Of a stretch of 64,000 nt of DNA, positions 8,598 through 17,958 are shown piece by piece. The notes under the pieces were generated by a model, which was given only the letters and a program-made list of their open reading frames with translations, did not search any database and was not told the origin of the DNA. Within the stretch, counting starts at the first letter, position 1. Each line of letters opens with the position of its first letter. This DNA comes from an uncultured virus (IMG/VR IMGVR_UViG_3300020048_000069) (taxonomy: Duplodnaviria > Heunggongvirae > Uroviricota > Caudoviricetes): the IMG/VR virus record IMGVR_UViG_3300020048_000069, one strand, 5' to 3'. The position numbers and the translations under genes were made by a program.

Positions 8598-9578
8598 ATG
8601 AGCGAAACAACTAAATTGACAATAATAAAATCGGTAGAAGATCGAGCAATTGAAATCATGTCCAGGATCAAGATTTTTGAAAGGGATGGGGAATCATGGA
8701 CGGATAGCTTGTCGGTGGCAGATGTATTCGGGAAAGAACACAAAGACATATTAAAAGTTATTAGAAAAATTGATGAAGAAAATCAAATAGTTGGTCTGCG
8801 TAGTTTTGCGCCGACCTTTTATATTGATAAATTCAATCGTGAACAGCCATTTTACGAGATGACCGAGACCGGCTTTTTCTCCCTGGTCGCCAGATTCAAC
8901 GACCAGAAAGACAAAGACATTTCGTTGATTCGTTCATGCTACTTCAAAGAATTTGATCGGCTGAAACGAGAAAAACGAACGGTCATAACTGGCAATGACA
9001 TTCTTATCGGTTTATCCATAAAGCTGACAAACATGCTCGAAGAACTGAAAGATCAAAACATTCAAAACAAAATTGAGCATCATGAAATCAAACATGAAGT
9101 GATTCAGTTCAATGGAAGAATTCATACGGTCGAAAAGAAAGTGGATACAGCATGTGATAAAATCAATTCGTTTGAATCCAAGTTGATTGAATTAACAGAG
9201 AAGCGACGGGATGTTTCTATGCCAAATCAACGGCTGCATATCCTATATACATTTCAAAAGTACAGTGGGAGTTGTCCATTGTGCCGAGAGTCCCTGGTGC
9301 TGGATACTCATCAGAAAAGAATTAACGATAGCGAGTTTGATCACTTCTTCGATAAGAAAAAGAATCGTCTCGATCAGACATGGCTCATTTGCCGTGACTG
9401 CAATAGTCAGATGAACGTTGCAAAGAAAGACAGAACCGGCATTGCTTATCGGGATGCTCAGATTATGTTTAACGCATATCAAATCGGCCTAACTCAATGG
9501 CAAAAGAAACGAGACAGCCAGAAAGCCTTTGATTTTTCAATGGTGCTACAAGCAGGTTGCACAAATCAACAGAATTGA
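8598..9578 (+). CDS. Rha-family regulator fused to coiled coil and C-terminal HNH-like zinc-finger nuclease domain
   Basis: DSLSVADVFGKEHKDILKVIR...YIDKFNREQPFYEMTETGFFSLV (Rha); CPLC...EFDH...N...LICRDCN (HNH). Confidence 0.8.
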   Translation: MSETTKLTIIKSVEDRAIEIMSRIKIFERDGESWTDSLSVADVFGKEHKDILKVIRKIDEENQIVGLRSFAPTFYIDKFNREQPFYEMTETGFFSLVARFNDQKDKDISLIRSCYFKEFDRLKREKRTVITGNDILIGLSIKLTNMLEELKDQNIQNKIEHHEIKHEVIQFNGRIHTVEKKVDTACDKINSFESKLIELTEKRRDVSMPNQRLHILYTFQKYSGSCPLCRESLVLDTHQKRINDSEFDHFFDKKKNRLDQTWLICRDCNSQMNVAKKDRTGIAYRDAQIMFNAYQIGLTQWQKKRDSQKAFDFSMVLQAGCTNQQN

Positions 9579-9756
9579 AAGTTAGAATTATTTTGAAATC
9601 TGTGTTAGAATTTGAAATACTTGAATTATATCCAGAAGAAGATATAATCAAAATTGATCTGGACAAAGAAGAGTTTAAGAAAGCGCCGTTTGTTTCTATG
9701 AAAGAATTCACGTTCACATGTACTCTGGAGACGGAAAAATAAGAAAGGAAAACAAC

Positions 9757-10098
9757 ATGGGTTTAGAAATGACTAACATGAAGATCAAGAAGAAGTCAGG
9801 CAAGAAATCCATTTCATTTACGACAAGTTCAGGCGGGTATCCATACGGCCTACAAATCTCTCTCGACAAAGACGTTATCAAAAAACTTCAACTCGAAGCA
9901 TAGGACTTGATAGTTGGTGATTCAATTCGATTTTGCATCACAGCAAGGATTATCAGCACATCAATTGAAGCTGACGCAAAAGATATATCTCGATGTGAGC
10001 TACAGATAACTGACATGTGTGAAATGGAAGACGAAAATGAAGATGTAACGTATTCACTCGTACCATCACTAAAAACGCAGGGTAAGAAGAAAGGATAA
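9757..10098 (+). pseudogene. Conserved small head-associated protein (YPYGL...ELQITDM type) interrupted by an in-frame TAG at 9901-9903
   Basis: AAAGGA RBS; ORFs 9718..9903 and 9907..10098 share one frame and read ...YPYGLQISLDKDVIKKLQLEA*DLIVGDSIRFCITARIISTS...ELQITDM. Confidence 0.55.
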
Positions 10099-10103
10099 AG
10101 ATC

Positions 10104-10289
10104 ATGGTAGCCAAAAAGAAGAAGACTCCGACACTTGAGGATATGGGAAGTGCAGAACCTATGCCTATGCCAACGAATAGAATGCCAGCCAACACACAGC
10201 CAATGGCTCCGCCGACAACCAGAATGCCGATCAATGGATCATCTGGTATGCCTCCCGTAGCGGTTGTAAAACCAAAAAAGAAGAAGTGA
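10104..10289 (+). CDS. Small Pro/Met-rich protein with Lys-rich ends
   Basis: AAAGGA RBS; packed between neighbouring genes. Confidence 0.55.
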   Translation: MVAKKKKTPTLEDMGSAEPMPMPTNRMPANTQPMAPPTTRMPINGSSGMPPVAVVKPKKKK

Positions 10290-10290
10290 T

Positions 10291-10539
10291 ATGCAAACGC
10301 AACCAGAAGTATCTCCAGAAGAACTCGCAGAATGGCGCACCAGTCATGTCACAAAGAAAGTGCTTGAATGGATAATCATTGAAAAAGAGATTGTCTCCGG
10401 CGCATTTGAACGTGGCGAACTCTTGAACATAGAGAACCCTGTAGTCACGCATGGCAACACGGCAAGAGCATGGGGACAGTTGGAAGCATTGAAGGCAATG
10501 ATAGAATTTATGACCGATAGTAAAAAAACTCTTGCATAA
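10291..10539 (+). CDS. Small hypothetical protein upstream of GroES
   Basis: Starts 1 nt after the previous stop; helical EELAEWRTSHVTKKV pattern. Confidence 0.65.
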   Translation: MQTQPEVSPEELAEWRTSHVTKKVLEWIIIEKEIVSGAFERGELLNIENPVVTHGNTARAWGQLEALKAMIEFMTDSKKTLA

Positions 10540-10752
10540 TCTTTTAAATGCTGTCAATAATGTTTTAGATACTTGTAAAAACAAGTATTTACTTATTTAG
10601 GTGTAGATGAAACCAGAATTAGTCAATATCTTTAATGTGATAAATAAATGGATTCTGGCTGCAATGACTGGGAACTTGTCGATTTCGATTGATTTTAATC
10701 AGGGTGGAATACGAAATATTGAAGTAAACGAAAAGACAAAATTAAAATCTTG

Positions 10753-10853
10753 AAGTAACGTAGTTTAGGATTGCTTGATTCCCCAGGTTTAAAACTGGGA
10801 CAAATACAAGACCCGATAGAGTGCCAATAGTGGCGTTTTATCGGGTTTTTTTT
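10753..10853 (+). promoter_or_regulatory. Structured leader/terminator element, copy A
   Basis: CCCAG/CTGGG hairpin, then ACCCGATAGAGTGCCA-ATAG-TGGCGTTTTATCGGGT plus T run; homologous to 10865-10950 and 57770-57869. Confidence 0.7.
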
Positions 10854-10864
10854 GTTTGTAAATA

Positions 10865-10950
10865 GGACTACTCGAATACTCAGCGCAAAGCTGGAATATC
10901 TACGAGACCCGACAGATAACCCTTAGTGGGTGTTTGCCGGGTTTTTTTTT
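10865..10950 (+). promoter_or_regulatory. Structured leader/terminator element, copy C
   Basis: GGACTACTCGAATACTCAG..CTGG..TACGAGACCCGAC...GCCGGGT plus T run, directly before the groES RBS. Confidence 0.65.
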
Positions 10951-10968
10951 GTTTTTAGGAGGTTACTT

Positions 10969-11289
10969 ATGAGTGAGCAGATAAGCCTGCACCCAACCGG
11001 CCACCATGTGGTCGTAAAAGTAGAAGAAGCCAGCGAGAAGACATCTGGCGGTTTGTATGTGCCGATCCAAGCAAGAGAGAAGCGCATGAACGAAGGGAAC
11101 ATCGGAATACTGATTGCAGCGGGGCCTCAAGCATGGAAAGCATTTGCAGACGGCGAACCCTGGGCGAAAGTCGGGGATCGTGTGCTTTGTATCAAACATG
11201 CTGGAGTTGCTCTGGACAAAACGCCAAACATTCGGCTGATGAACGATGAAGATATTTTGGCTGTAATCGGTAGCGAGACGGAGGTTTAA
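10969..11289 (+). CDS. groES: Phage-encoded co-chaperonin GroES (Cpn10)
   Basis: LHPTGHHVVVK..EKTSGGLYVP...GILIAAGP...KVGDRV...RLMNDEDILAVI; AGGAGG RBS. Confidence 0.9.
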   Translation: MSEQISLHPTGHHVVVKVEEASEKTSGGLYVPIQAREKRMNEGNIGILIAAGPQAWKAFADGEPWAKVGDRVLCIKHAGVALDKTPNIRLMNDEDILAVIGSETEV

Positions 11290-11292
11290 ATC

Positions 11293-12090
11293 ATGAGTGA
11301 TGAACTGGCAGCAGATGATGCCGTAGAAGCTGAGGAAACCGTAGAGGTTGACGAGACTCCACAAGCAGTTAAAGAATTGGCGAAGGCGCTTGGTTGGAAC
11401 GAAAACTTTGAGGATAATCCAGATAAGTTTGTCGATGCAGCAACATATATCATGCGTAGCAAAGACATCAATACTGGACTACGCAAACAGATTAAAGAAA
11501 TCACGAATGTTGTTTCTGAGCTTAAAGTCCACAATGAACGTGTTTTTAAAGCTGAGGTTCAGCGATTGACACAGGAATTGGTGGAGCTTAAAGCACAAAG
11601 AAAGACAGCGATAGAGGATGGTGACGTTGACCGCGTTGAAAAGATCGAAAGTCAGATTGACGATATTAAGGAGAAGACGGTCGGCCATCAGGAAGCTGCT
11701 CCGGTTGTCACTAATACCGTTTTTGAAGAATGGGTAGAGGACAATCAGTGGTATCGCAGTGATGAAGATATGCGTACATTTGCCGATAAGGCGGGCCTCG
11801 AATACGAAGGCTTACCATTTGATAGGATTTTGAAACTTGTCAGAAAAGATATTGAAGCTGAATTCCCTGAGAAGTTTGGAAAGAAAGGAAAGGCGGTAGG
11901 TGTGCCTTCAACTCGTCCAGTCGCTTCTTCGGTTGAGTCCGGTTCAAAGCGGATATCACCTAATAAAACGACAAGATCGGAATCCGATTTATCATCGGCT
12001 CAAAAGAATATCATGAATCAGTTTGTACGGCATGGAGTCATGACCAAGGCCGAGTACATATCTGATTTGGTGAAACGAGGTGAAATATGA
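11293..12090 (+). CDS. Putative capsid scaffolding protein
   Basis: Acidic N-terminus, AKALGW motif, coiled coil, W..DNQWY motif; located before the capsid genes. Confidence 0.7.
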   Translation: MSDELAADDAVEAEETVEVDETPQAVKELAKALGWNENFEDNPDKFVDAATYIMRSKDINTGLRKQIKEITNVVSELKVHNERVFKAEVQRLTQELVELKAQRKTAIEDGDVDRVEKIESQIDDIKEKTVGHQEAAPVVTNTVFEEWVEDNQWYRSDEDMRTFADKAGLEYEGLPFDRILKLVRKDIEAEFPEKFGKKGKAVGVPSTRPVASSVESGSKRISPNKTTRSESDLSSAQKNIMNQFVRHGVMTKAEYISDLVKRGEI

Positions 12091-12488
12091 ACGATCAATC
12101 TTTGGCCAAAGGGCCAGTAGGAAGGCCATCAAGAAGGCCAGTAAGTCGCCGAGTTGTACTGTCTGCACCGCAAAGAGCTGGGTATGTCAGACGATGGGTG
12201 AACGATGCTGAGGGAAGAATCAAGATATTTGAGGAAGGTGGTTGGAAGCCTGTCCAGAACGATCCCGGACTTGAGACCGCCGATAAATCAAGACTTGCTG
12301 AATCATCCCTTGGAAGTGTCGTAACAAGACATGTTGGAAACAGCATGAAATCCGTCCTGATGGAGATCAAACAGGAATACTTTAACGAGGATCAGGCGAA
12401 GAAAGCCGAGAATATCAAGGCCAGCGAGAGTGATATTTTATCACGCCGAGCAGATGGTCAGTATGGAAAGATTGAAATTGAACGATAA
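12087..12488 (+). CDS. Conserved head-region hypothetical protein
   Basis: GYVRRWVND...GWKPV...LMEIKQEYF; ATGA overlap. Confidence 0.75.
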   Translation: MNDQSLAKGPVGRPSRRPVSRRVVLSAPQRAGYVRRWVNDAEGRIKIFEEGGWKPVQNDPGLETADKSRLAESSLGSVVTRHVGNSMKSVLMEIKQEYFNEDQAKKAENIKASESDILSRRADGQYGKIEIER

Positions 12489-12517
12489 CAATTCATTCTC
12501 TATAAAGGAGAAAAGAT

Positions 12518-13108
12518 ATGGCGAATACAGATAGTCCCTTCGGGTTGATTCCCCGCATGTACGCGAACGGATCACCGTGGAATGGCAAATACAATATTTA
12601 TTATATCCCGGTCGGAAACGCTTCTGCTATTTTCAAAGGCGATCTTGTTTCGATGGCTGGATCGGCAAGTGCAGACGGTAAGTATCCTGACATTGCTCAG
12701 ACTGCCGCAGCAGGTACCACTATTGTTGGTGTGGTCATTGGTTTTGGCACAACTCCTGATTTGATGTTTGACATCAATAACTTGACTCGTAATTACTGTC
12801 CGGCGCAAACGGCCATGTATGCGGCTGTTGTTGACGATCCCAATGTTATTTTCGAAATCCAGGAAGATTCCGTCGGAGGCGCAATTGCTGTGACGGCTGT
12901 TGGTAATAATGCTGATGTCGTAGTTGGCTCAGGCAATACCACCACTGGACAGTCTGCAATGGAGCTTGATTCCAGCGACGTTGTTACTACGGCTCAGCAG
13001 CTTCGAATTCTTCGGTTGGCTGATACACCTGATAACGTACTTGGGGCCAACGCAAAATGGCTCGTGCGGATCAATGAGCACATTTACAATACGACAGTCG
13101 GGTCGTAA
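12518..13108 (+). CDS. Putative capsid decoration/cement protein
   Basis: MANTDSPFGL..., AIFKGDLV, VVDDPNVIFEIQ; directly upstream of the major capsid gene; AAGGAG RBS. Confidence 0.7.
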   Translation: MANTDSPFGLIPRMYANGSPWNGKYNIYYIPVGNASAIFKGDLVSMAGSASADGKYPDIAQTAAAGTTIVGVVIGFGTTPDLMFDINNLTRNYCPAQTAMYAAVVDDPNVIFEIQEDSVGGAIAVTAVGNNADVVVGSGNTTTGQSAMELDSSDVVTTAQQLRILRLADTPDNVLGANAKWLVRINEHIYNTTVGS

Positions 13109-13121
13109 GGAGGATTGACAC

Positions 13122-14036
13122 ATGGGCGTAATGAATAGATCAAGTTTCGCCAAGGATTTATATCCTGGCGTTAATAAGTGGTTTGGTCTCAAATACAATG
13201 AGTATCCAAACGAATTTCTGCAAATTTTTGAAAAGAACACCAGTGATAAGGCGTTCGTTGAGGAAATGAGTGTTTCTACTATGGGAATGCTTCAGCAGAA
13301 AACGGAAGGCGGCGGGATTGCTTATGATGAAATGGCTCAGGGAAACCTGTATCGCTATACGTTCGCAACCTATGCTCTCGGATTTATGATTACTCGTGAG
13401 CTTTATGAAGATGGTTTGGCGGTTACTCAGGGGATGAGACGTGCGCAGGCTTTGGCTTTCTCTGCAAGGCAGACACAGGAAACCCTGGCTGCCAATATCC
13501 TCAATCGTGCGTTTGATGCCAACTACACCTACATCGACGGGAAAGAACTTTGCGCTACTGCAAGGCCGCTTGGAAGATATGGTGGAACCTGGGCGAACAA
13601 ACTGGCGATTGACTCGGATCTGAGTGAAGCGGCTCTTGAGCAGGCGTGTATTGACATTGGCAATTTTACGAATGACAGGGGTCTTAAGATCGCTGTTCGT
13701 CCACAGAAATTAGTCATTTCAAATTCTCTCCAGTTCGAGGCTGCGCGTATTCTCAAAAGTGACAAGCAGGCTGGAACCGCTAACAATGACATCAATGCAA
13801 TGAAGTCAATGGGGCAGTTCCCTGGTGGTGTTGTTGTCAATCATTATCTGACTGATTCCGATGCCTGGTTTATTCTCACTGATTGTCCGGATGGCATGAA
13901 ATACTTCGAAAGGCGTGCAATTTCCTTCGACACAGACAATGATTTCGAGACGGAAAATGCCCGGTACAAGTGCAGCGCAAGATGGGGATTCGGAATGACA
14001 GATCCCAGATGCTTGCTTGGGTCAAGTGGCGCATAG
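13122..14036 (+). CDS. Major capsid protein (HK97 fold, Mu gpT-like family)
   Basis: 304 aa; KTEGGGIAYD, YALGFMITRELYED, GTANNDINA, HYLTDSDAWFILTD, RWGFGMTDPR; GGAGG RBS. Confidence 0.88.
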   Translation: MGVMNRSSFAKDLYPGVNKWFGLKYNEYPNEFLQIFEKNTSDKAFVEEMSVSTMGMLQQKTEGGGIAYDEMAQGNLYRYTFATYALGFMITRELYEDGLAVTQGMRRAQALAFSARQTQETLAANILNRAFDANYTYIDGKELCATARPLGRYGGTWANKLAIDSDLSEAALEQACIDIGNFTNDRGLKIAVRPQKLVISNSLQFEAARILKSDKQAGTANNDINAMKSMGQFPGGVVVNHYLTDSDAWFILTDCPDGMKYFERRAISFDTDNDFETENARYKCSARWGFGMTDPRCLLGSSGA

Positions 14037-14056
14037 CCTATAATTTCAATCACTTA

Positions 14057-14117
14057 TGCGCTATCTATCATCCCGATAGGTAGCGCAATTTCACCCACTG
14101 GGTAGCCTTCGCTGCCT
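14057..14117 (+). other. Two RNA hairpins after the capsid gene (possible stability or processing element)
   Basis: TGCGCTATCTATC-ATCCC-GATAGGTAGCGCA (13-bp stem) and GGGTAGC-CTTC-GCTGCCT; no long U tract. Confidence 0.5.
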
Positions 14118-14141
14118 GTCTTAAAAAAGGATGGTGGACTT

Positions 14142-15116
14142 ATGACGATGACAAATTTCCCAAATGGCGTTTCTTCTTTTGGTATCCCGATGGTTGGTGG
14201 TGGTATCCCCGCGACTTCCGGAACGGTTATATTCGTTGATGCTGACAATGGTTCAGATGGCGTTTCTCTGAAAAGCAATAGTATCAAGCGCGGGTTCAAG
14301 ACGATTGCCAAGGCTTATGATCTGGCAACCACAAACAAAAACGATGTGATTGCATTATCTGCAAATGCCTCACATGTACTTACTGAAATGCTGACCGTGG
14401 CAAAAAACAGAGTCCATTTTGTGGGACTTGATGGAGCAGGCAGGATGTATGGACAGGGTGCAAAGGTTGCTCTTGGTATTACAGGAGTTGCTACAAATCT
14501 TGGAACAATCCTGAATACCGGAGTCCGCAATTCATTTCAGAACATCAAATTTACAAACGCTGATACCGTGGCTCAGGGGCTTTATACGTTTCTGGATGGT
14601 GGCGAGTATATGTTCATGGCCAACTGCGAGATTTACAAAAGCACCTTGCTTACAACCACATTGGCATCCGAAATGGTTATGAATGGTGATAGCGCACAAG
14701 TTGTGAACACAACTATTGGATCACTTGCAGATGCGCAGACGACTCAAACCATTAGAGCGAATATCAGGATGACAAAAGGGCTTGCTGGGACAGGGCTTGT
14801 TGCCAGGGATGTAGTTTTCAAAAATTGCAATTTCTGGAAGAAAGCTGGTCATGTTGACAACAGGTTTGTTTATGGAGCCAATGCAACAGATGTCGAAAGA
14901 ATGCTTTTATTTGACAACTGTCTTTTCTTTTCTCAGAAACTTTCAGTGGCCGCTCCTGCACAATGTGTGGCTTTTGCTGCTGAACAAACAGCAGGGTACT
15001 GCTTGATCAGGAATTGTGATTCCGTTGGCAATACTAAACTGTCAACCACTACCGGGGTTTATATCACTGGTGCCGTCCCGACATACGCGACTTCCGGAAT
15101 TGCGGTTGCTTCGTAA
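14142..15116 (+). CDS. Virion protein with probable beta-helix (pectin-lyase-like) fold
   Basis: TNFPNGVSSFG N-terminus; VIFVD..NGSDG...FKTIAKAY...NDVI. Confidence 0.7.
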   Translation: MTMTNFPNGVSSFGIPMVGGGIPATSGTVIFVDADNGSDGVSLKSNSIKRGFKTIAKAYDLATTNKNDVIALSANASHVLTEMLTVAKNRVHFVGLDGAGRMYGQGAKVALGITGVATNLGTILNTGVRNSFQNIKFTNADTVAQGLYTFLDGGEYMFMANCEIYKSTLLTTTLASEMVMNGDSAQVVNTTIGSLADAQTTQTIRANIRMTKGLAGTGLVARDVVFKNCNFWKKAGHVDNRFVYGANATDVERMLLFDNCLFFSQKLSVAAPAQCVAFAAEQTAGYCLIRNCDSVGNTKLSTTTGVYITGAVPTYATSGIAVAS

Positions 15117-15135
15117 TCTATAAGGGAGGTCCAGA

Positions 15136-15744
15136 ATGAGACCTAAACATAAAACCTATACGATTGCTCCCGGCGCTGCTACGGCTGTTGGTTTGGCTCA
15201 AACCAAGGCAGGTGCCGGGGCGCTTCTTATCAATGGCCTTTTGGCTGTTGGTGGTGTTGCAACATTTCCAATTGCAAGGCATGTTTCAATCGCTGCTGTT
15301 GCCGATGAACACCTGATAACCTTTACGGTTGTGGGTACTGATCGGTATGGAGCGGAAATGACAGAAGCCTTAATCGGGCCTGCTGCGGGGCTTACTGTCA
15401 GTACCACCAAGAACTTTAAAACCGTTGCAGGCGTTTCTGTGAGTGCTGCCTTGACTGGCAATGTCACTCTTGGCACTGGAGATAGCCTGGAGACGGCTTG
15501 GATACCTGTTGAGCTGATTGGAAGTATTGATGCTGGTTACACGGTATCTTCCGGGGGTTCAATGACAAAGGTTCTGCAAACCACAATGGGGGATGTCTTC
15601 AATATGAATGAACATGATCTTCCTATTGATGGTGCGCTCGCCACCGCCATTGGACTTAAGACAGCAACAGCTATCCGACTGAAAATTACCGAGCATGTGT
15701 CTGGTAACATTACTTTGGATATTATCAATAGGCCGGGGTGTTGA
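15136..15744 (+). CDS. Virion structural protein
   Basis: ITFTVVGTDRYG...E.L.GP...TTKNFKTV; GGAGG RBS. Confidence 0.7.
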   Translation: MRPKHKTYTIAPGAATAVGLAQTKAGAGALLINGLLAVGGVATFPIARHVSIAAVADEHLITFTVVGTDRYGAEMTEALIGPAAGLTVSTTKNFKTVAGVSVSAALTGNVTLGTGDSLETAWIPVELIGSIDAGYTVSSGGSMTKVLQTTMGDVFNMNEHDLPIDGALATAIGLKTATAIRLKITEHVSGNITLDIINRPGC

Positions 15745-15745
15745 T

Positions 15746-15973
15746 ATGGCATATCGTCCTGGAGATTCGTGGGCTATGTGCGATCAGTGCGGATTTAAGC
15801 GGTATATGTCCGAAATGAGAAAAACTTGGGATGGGTGGCTTGTCTGTAGCAACACTTGTTATGAAGACAAGCACCCATCACTTGAACAGCACAAACTTCC
15901 ATCTGATAAAATCACTCCAAAGAACATCAGACCAGACCAGTATTATTTCATCGAACCATCGGAGACCCCGTAA
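15746..15973 (+). CDS. Small zinc-binding virion-region protein
   Basis: MAYRPGDSWAMCDQCGFK...WDGWLVC..CYEDKHP. Confidence 0.7.
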   Translation: MAYRPGDSWAMCDQCGFKRYMSEMRKTWDGWLVCSNTCYEDKHPSLEQHKLPSDKITPKNIRPDQYYFIEPSETP

Positions 15974-16617
15974 TGAATCTCGAAGTATTGACTGAAAGAG
16001 TCGATAAGATTGTTCAGGATAACGATTTTGATTCTGATGCAATTGCAGTTTATTTAAACCGTGGGATGCTTGAGATAGCAGGTGGCATGAAGCGGTCTGA
16101 TTCATCTGTTCTTACTCAGCCATTGCCTCTTTTGTTTACCGTTGGCACAGTTGCGACAACAACAACATTCAAAGCCAGTTTGCCAGTAACGTATCAGCGG
16201 GATTTGGTGTTTGCGATTGATTACCTGGGTAGAGAGCTTTCAATTTACGATTCGTTTGTGGAGTTTTTCAAAGTTTATCGTTTAATGAACGCTGTTGGAG
16301 CTGTGAACGCCGTGGCTGTGAAAGGAAGGGATTTATATTACCAGAATATCCCTGCGGTATCAGAACTTATTACAGTCCATTTTCATCGGTATCCCGTTGA
16401 TATGGTATCCAGCACGGACGTACCAGATGGACTTCCTTCAAGCTTTCACGATATGCTTGTGAGTTATGCCTGCAAAGAAATTTACAGCATCATCGAGGAT
16501 GGGGTTGATGGTAAGATGGTGAATACCATGAAGTATGAGCAGAAGTTCCAGCGTTCACTTGATTCGCTGGAAGCCAGTATTGCGGCTGAGGCCGCGCCGT
16601 TTAGTTTTTTCGCTTAA
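15973..16617 (+). CDS. Putative head-tail adaptor
   Basis: N-terminal helices (YLNRGMLEI), P..FHDMLVSYA motif; position after the head genes. Confidence 0.65.
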   Translation: MNLEVLTERVDKIVQDNDFDSDAIAVYLNRGMLEIAGGMKRSDSSVLTQPLPLLFTVGTVATTTTFKASLPVTYQRDLVFAIDYLGRELSIYDSFVEFFKVYRLMNAVGAVNAVAVKGRDLYYQNIPAVSELITVHFHRYPVDMVSSTDVPDGLPSSFHDMLVSYACKEIYSIIEDGVDGKMVNTMKYEQKFQRSLDSLEASIAAEAAPFSFFA

Positions 16618-16683
16618 TACCCTACCATAGTGCTGCAAAAGTGCGGCCTTGATTGCTGAGTTAATCCGAAATCATAGGTTCGC

Positions 16684-17940
16684 ATGGCCAGTCCTGAAAT
16701 ATCAATATCCGGGTTCTCCGGCATGAACAACGTCAAAAGGGATGAGAATTTTTATTCAGAAGAAGGCATTGCTGAACCCAGAATCATCTTAAATGCTGAC
16801 GTTGACATCACACAAAGCATTGTATCCCGTCCTGGGACAACCAGGGTCACGACAATTTCAAGTCCACATAGTTTGTGGGCCGGGCTTTCCTGTATGCTGT
16901 GTGTGGCTGGCGGTTCGCTGTATCGGATCAGTAATGATGTGGCTGTGTCCATTGGTGTTATTGGGGATCGCAATACGCCGGTAAGCTACGTTGAAATAGA
17001 AGGAAAAGTATATTTCTCGAATCAGTATTGCCAAGGGGTATTCAATCCCGTAACCAATACAATATCTGATTGGGGTGTTCTTCCTCCTGGTGGGCCGATG
17101 TTATTGACGGGTTCAGGTGGGCTTATACCTGGTATCTATAACGTGGCTATGACCAATGTTGTTGGTGATCAGATTTCAGGCACAGGGCCAATAACATCTA
17201 TTGAACTGACAGCAGAAGGCGGTATCCAAGTTATAAACCGTCCTTCTGGTGCGATAGTTTGGTGTACAGACGCAAACGAATTTATCTTTTACCGCATTGG
17301 CGCTGTAAATCAAATTACCAGTATTCCGACTGTTGAACCCTGTCCTTCTCTTCTTTGTTCCCCTCCGCCGTTTCTATCGAATCTCTGTTACGCCTTCGGA
17401 CGAGTGTGGGGATCTTCTGGTAAAACTCTTTATTATAGCCAGGCGTTTAAGTTCGGTTGGTTCAGAATATCCGCCAACAGGTTTGAGTTTGAATCAGACG
17501 TTACGATGATTGCCAAGGTACCGTCCGGATTATTTATCGGCATGAAGGATAAGACGCGGTTTCTCGAAGGCACCGAGCCTGAAAAGATGCAGCAATCAGA
17601 CGCGGGTGCTGGAAGCGTTCAGGGGACTTTGGCATATTGCAATAACGTTCCTTATCTGGCTGACGTACTTGGAACCGCAGAAAAGGGATATGTGGATGTA
17701 CCTATTTGGGTTACTACCGAGGGGATAGTGGTCGGTAATGCAAATGGAAGATTGTTTAATTTGACGAAAAATAAATTGAAGTTTGGGACACCTGAGACTG
17801 GCGCGTCTTTATATCGTAATCAGAATGGCGTGTTCCAATTTCTTTCGAGTTTCAGGCAAGGTGCAACTGGGTCAGGCGCGGGTTTTAGTGACGAGGCGAC
17901 CTGTGAAGTGTTTAGGAACGGGACGCTTGTCCCAAGTTGA
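16684..17940 (+). CDS. Putative tail/nozzle (DNA stabilisation) protein
   Basis: FSGMNN start, NADVD...RPG, GRVW....LYYS motif; beta-rich. Confidence 0.6.
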   Translation: MASPEISISGFSGMNNVKRDENFYSEEGIAEPRIILNADVDITQSIVSRPGTTRVTTISSPHSLWAGLSCMLCVAGGSLYRISNDVAVSIGVIGDRNTPVSYVEIEGKVYFSNQYCQGVFNPVTNTISDWGVLPPGGPMLLTGSGGLIPGIYNVAMTNVVGDQISGTGPITSIELTAEGGIQVINRPSGAIVWCTDANEFIFYRIGAVNQITSIPTVEPCPSLLCSPPPFLSNLCYAFGRVWGSSGKTLYYSQAFKFGWFRISANRFEFESDVTMIAKVPSGLFIGMKDKTRFLEGTEPEKMQQSDAGAGSVQGTLAYCNNVPYLADVLGTAEKGYVDVPIWVTTEGIVVGNANGRLFNLTKNKLKFGTPETGASLYRNQNGVFQFLSSFRQGATGSGAGFSDEATCEVFRNGTLVPS

Positions 17941-17958
17941 TGTTAAAAGGATAGATAA

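Noticed and set aside
9557..9742. 61-aa ORF after the Rha-HNH gene
   Set aside because: It fills the gap and may be real, but the start codon and RBS are unclear and there is no recognisable motif.
9901..9903. Genome-wide TAG recoding (alternative genetic code)
   Set aside because: TAG ends the portal, capsid and 28635..30554 genes normally, and long ORFs are intact under the standard code.
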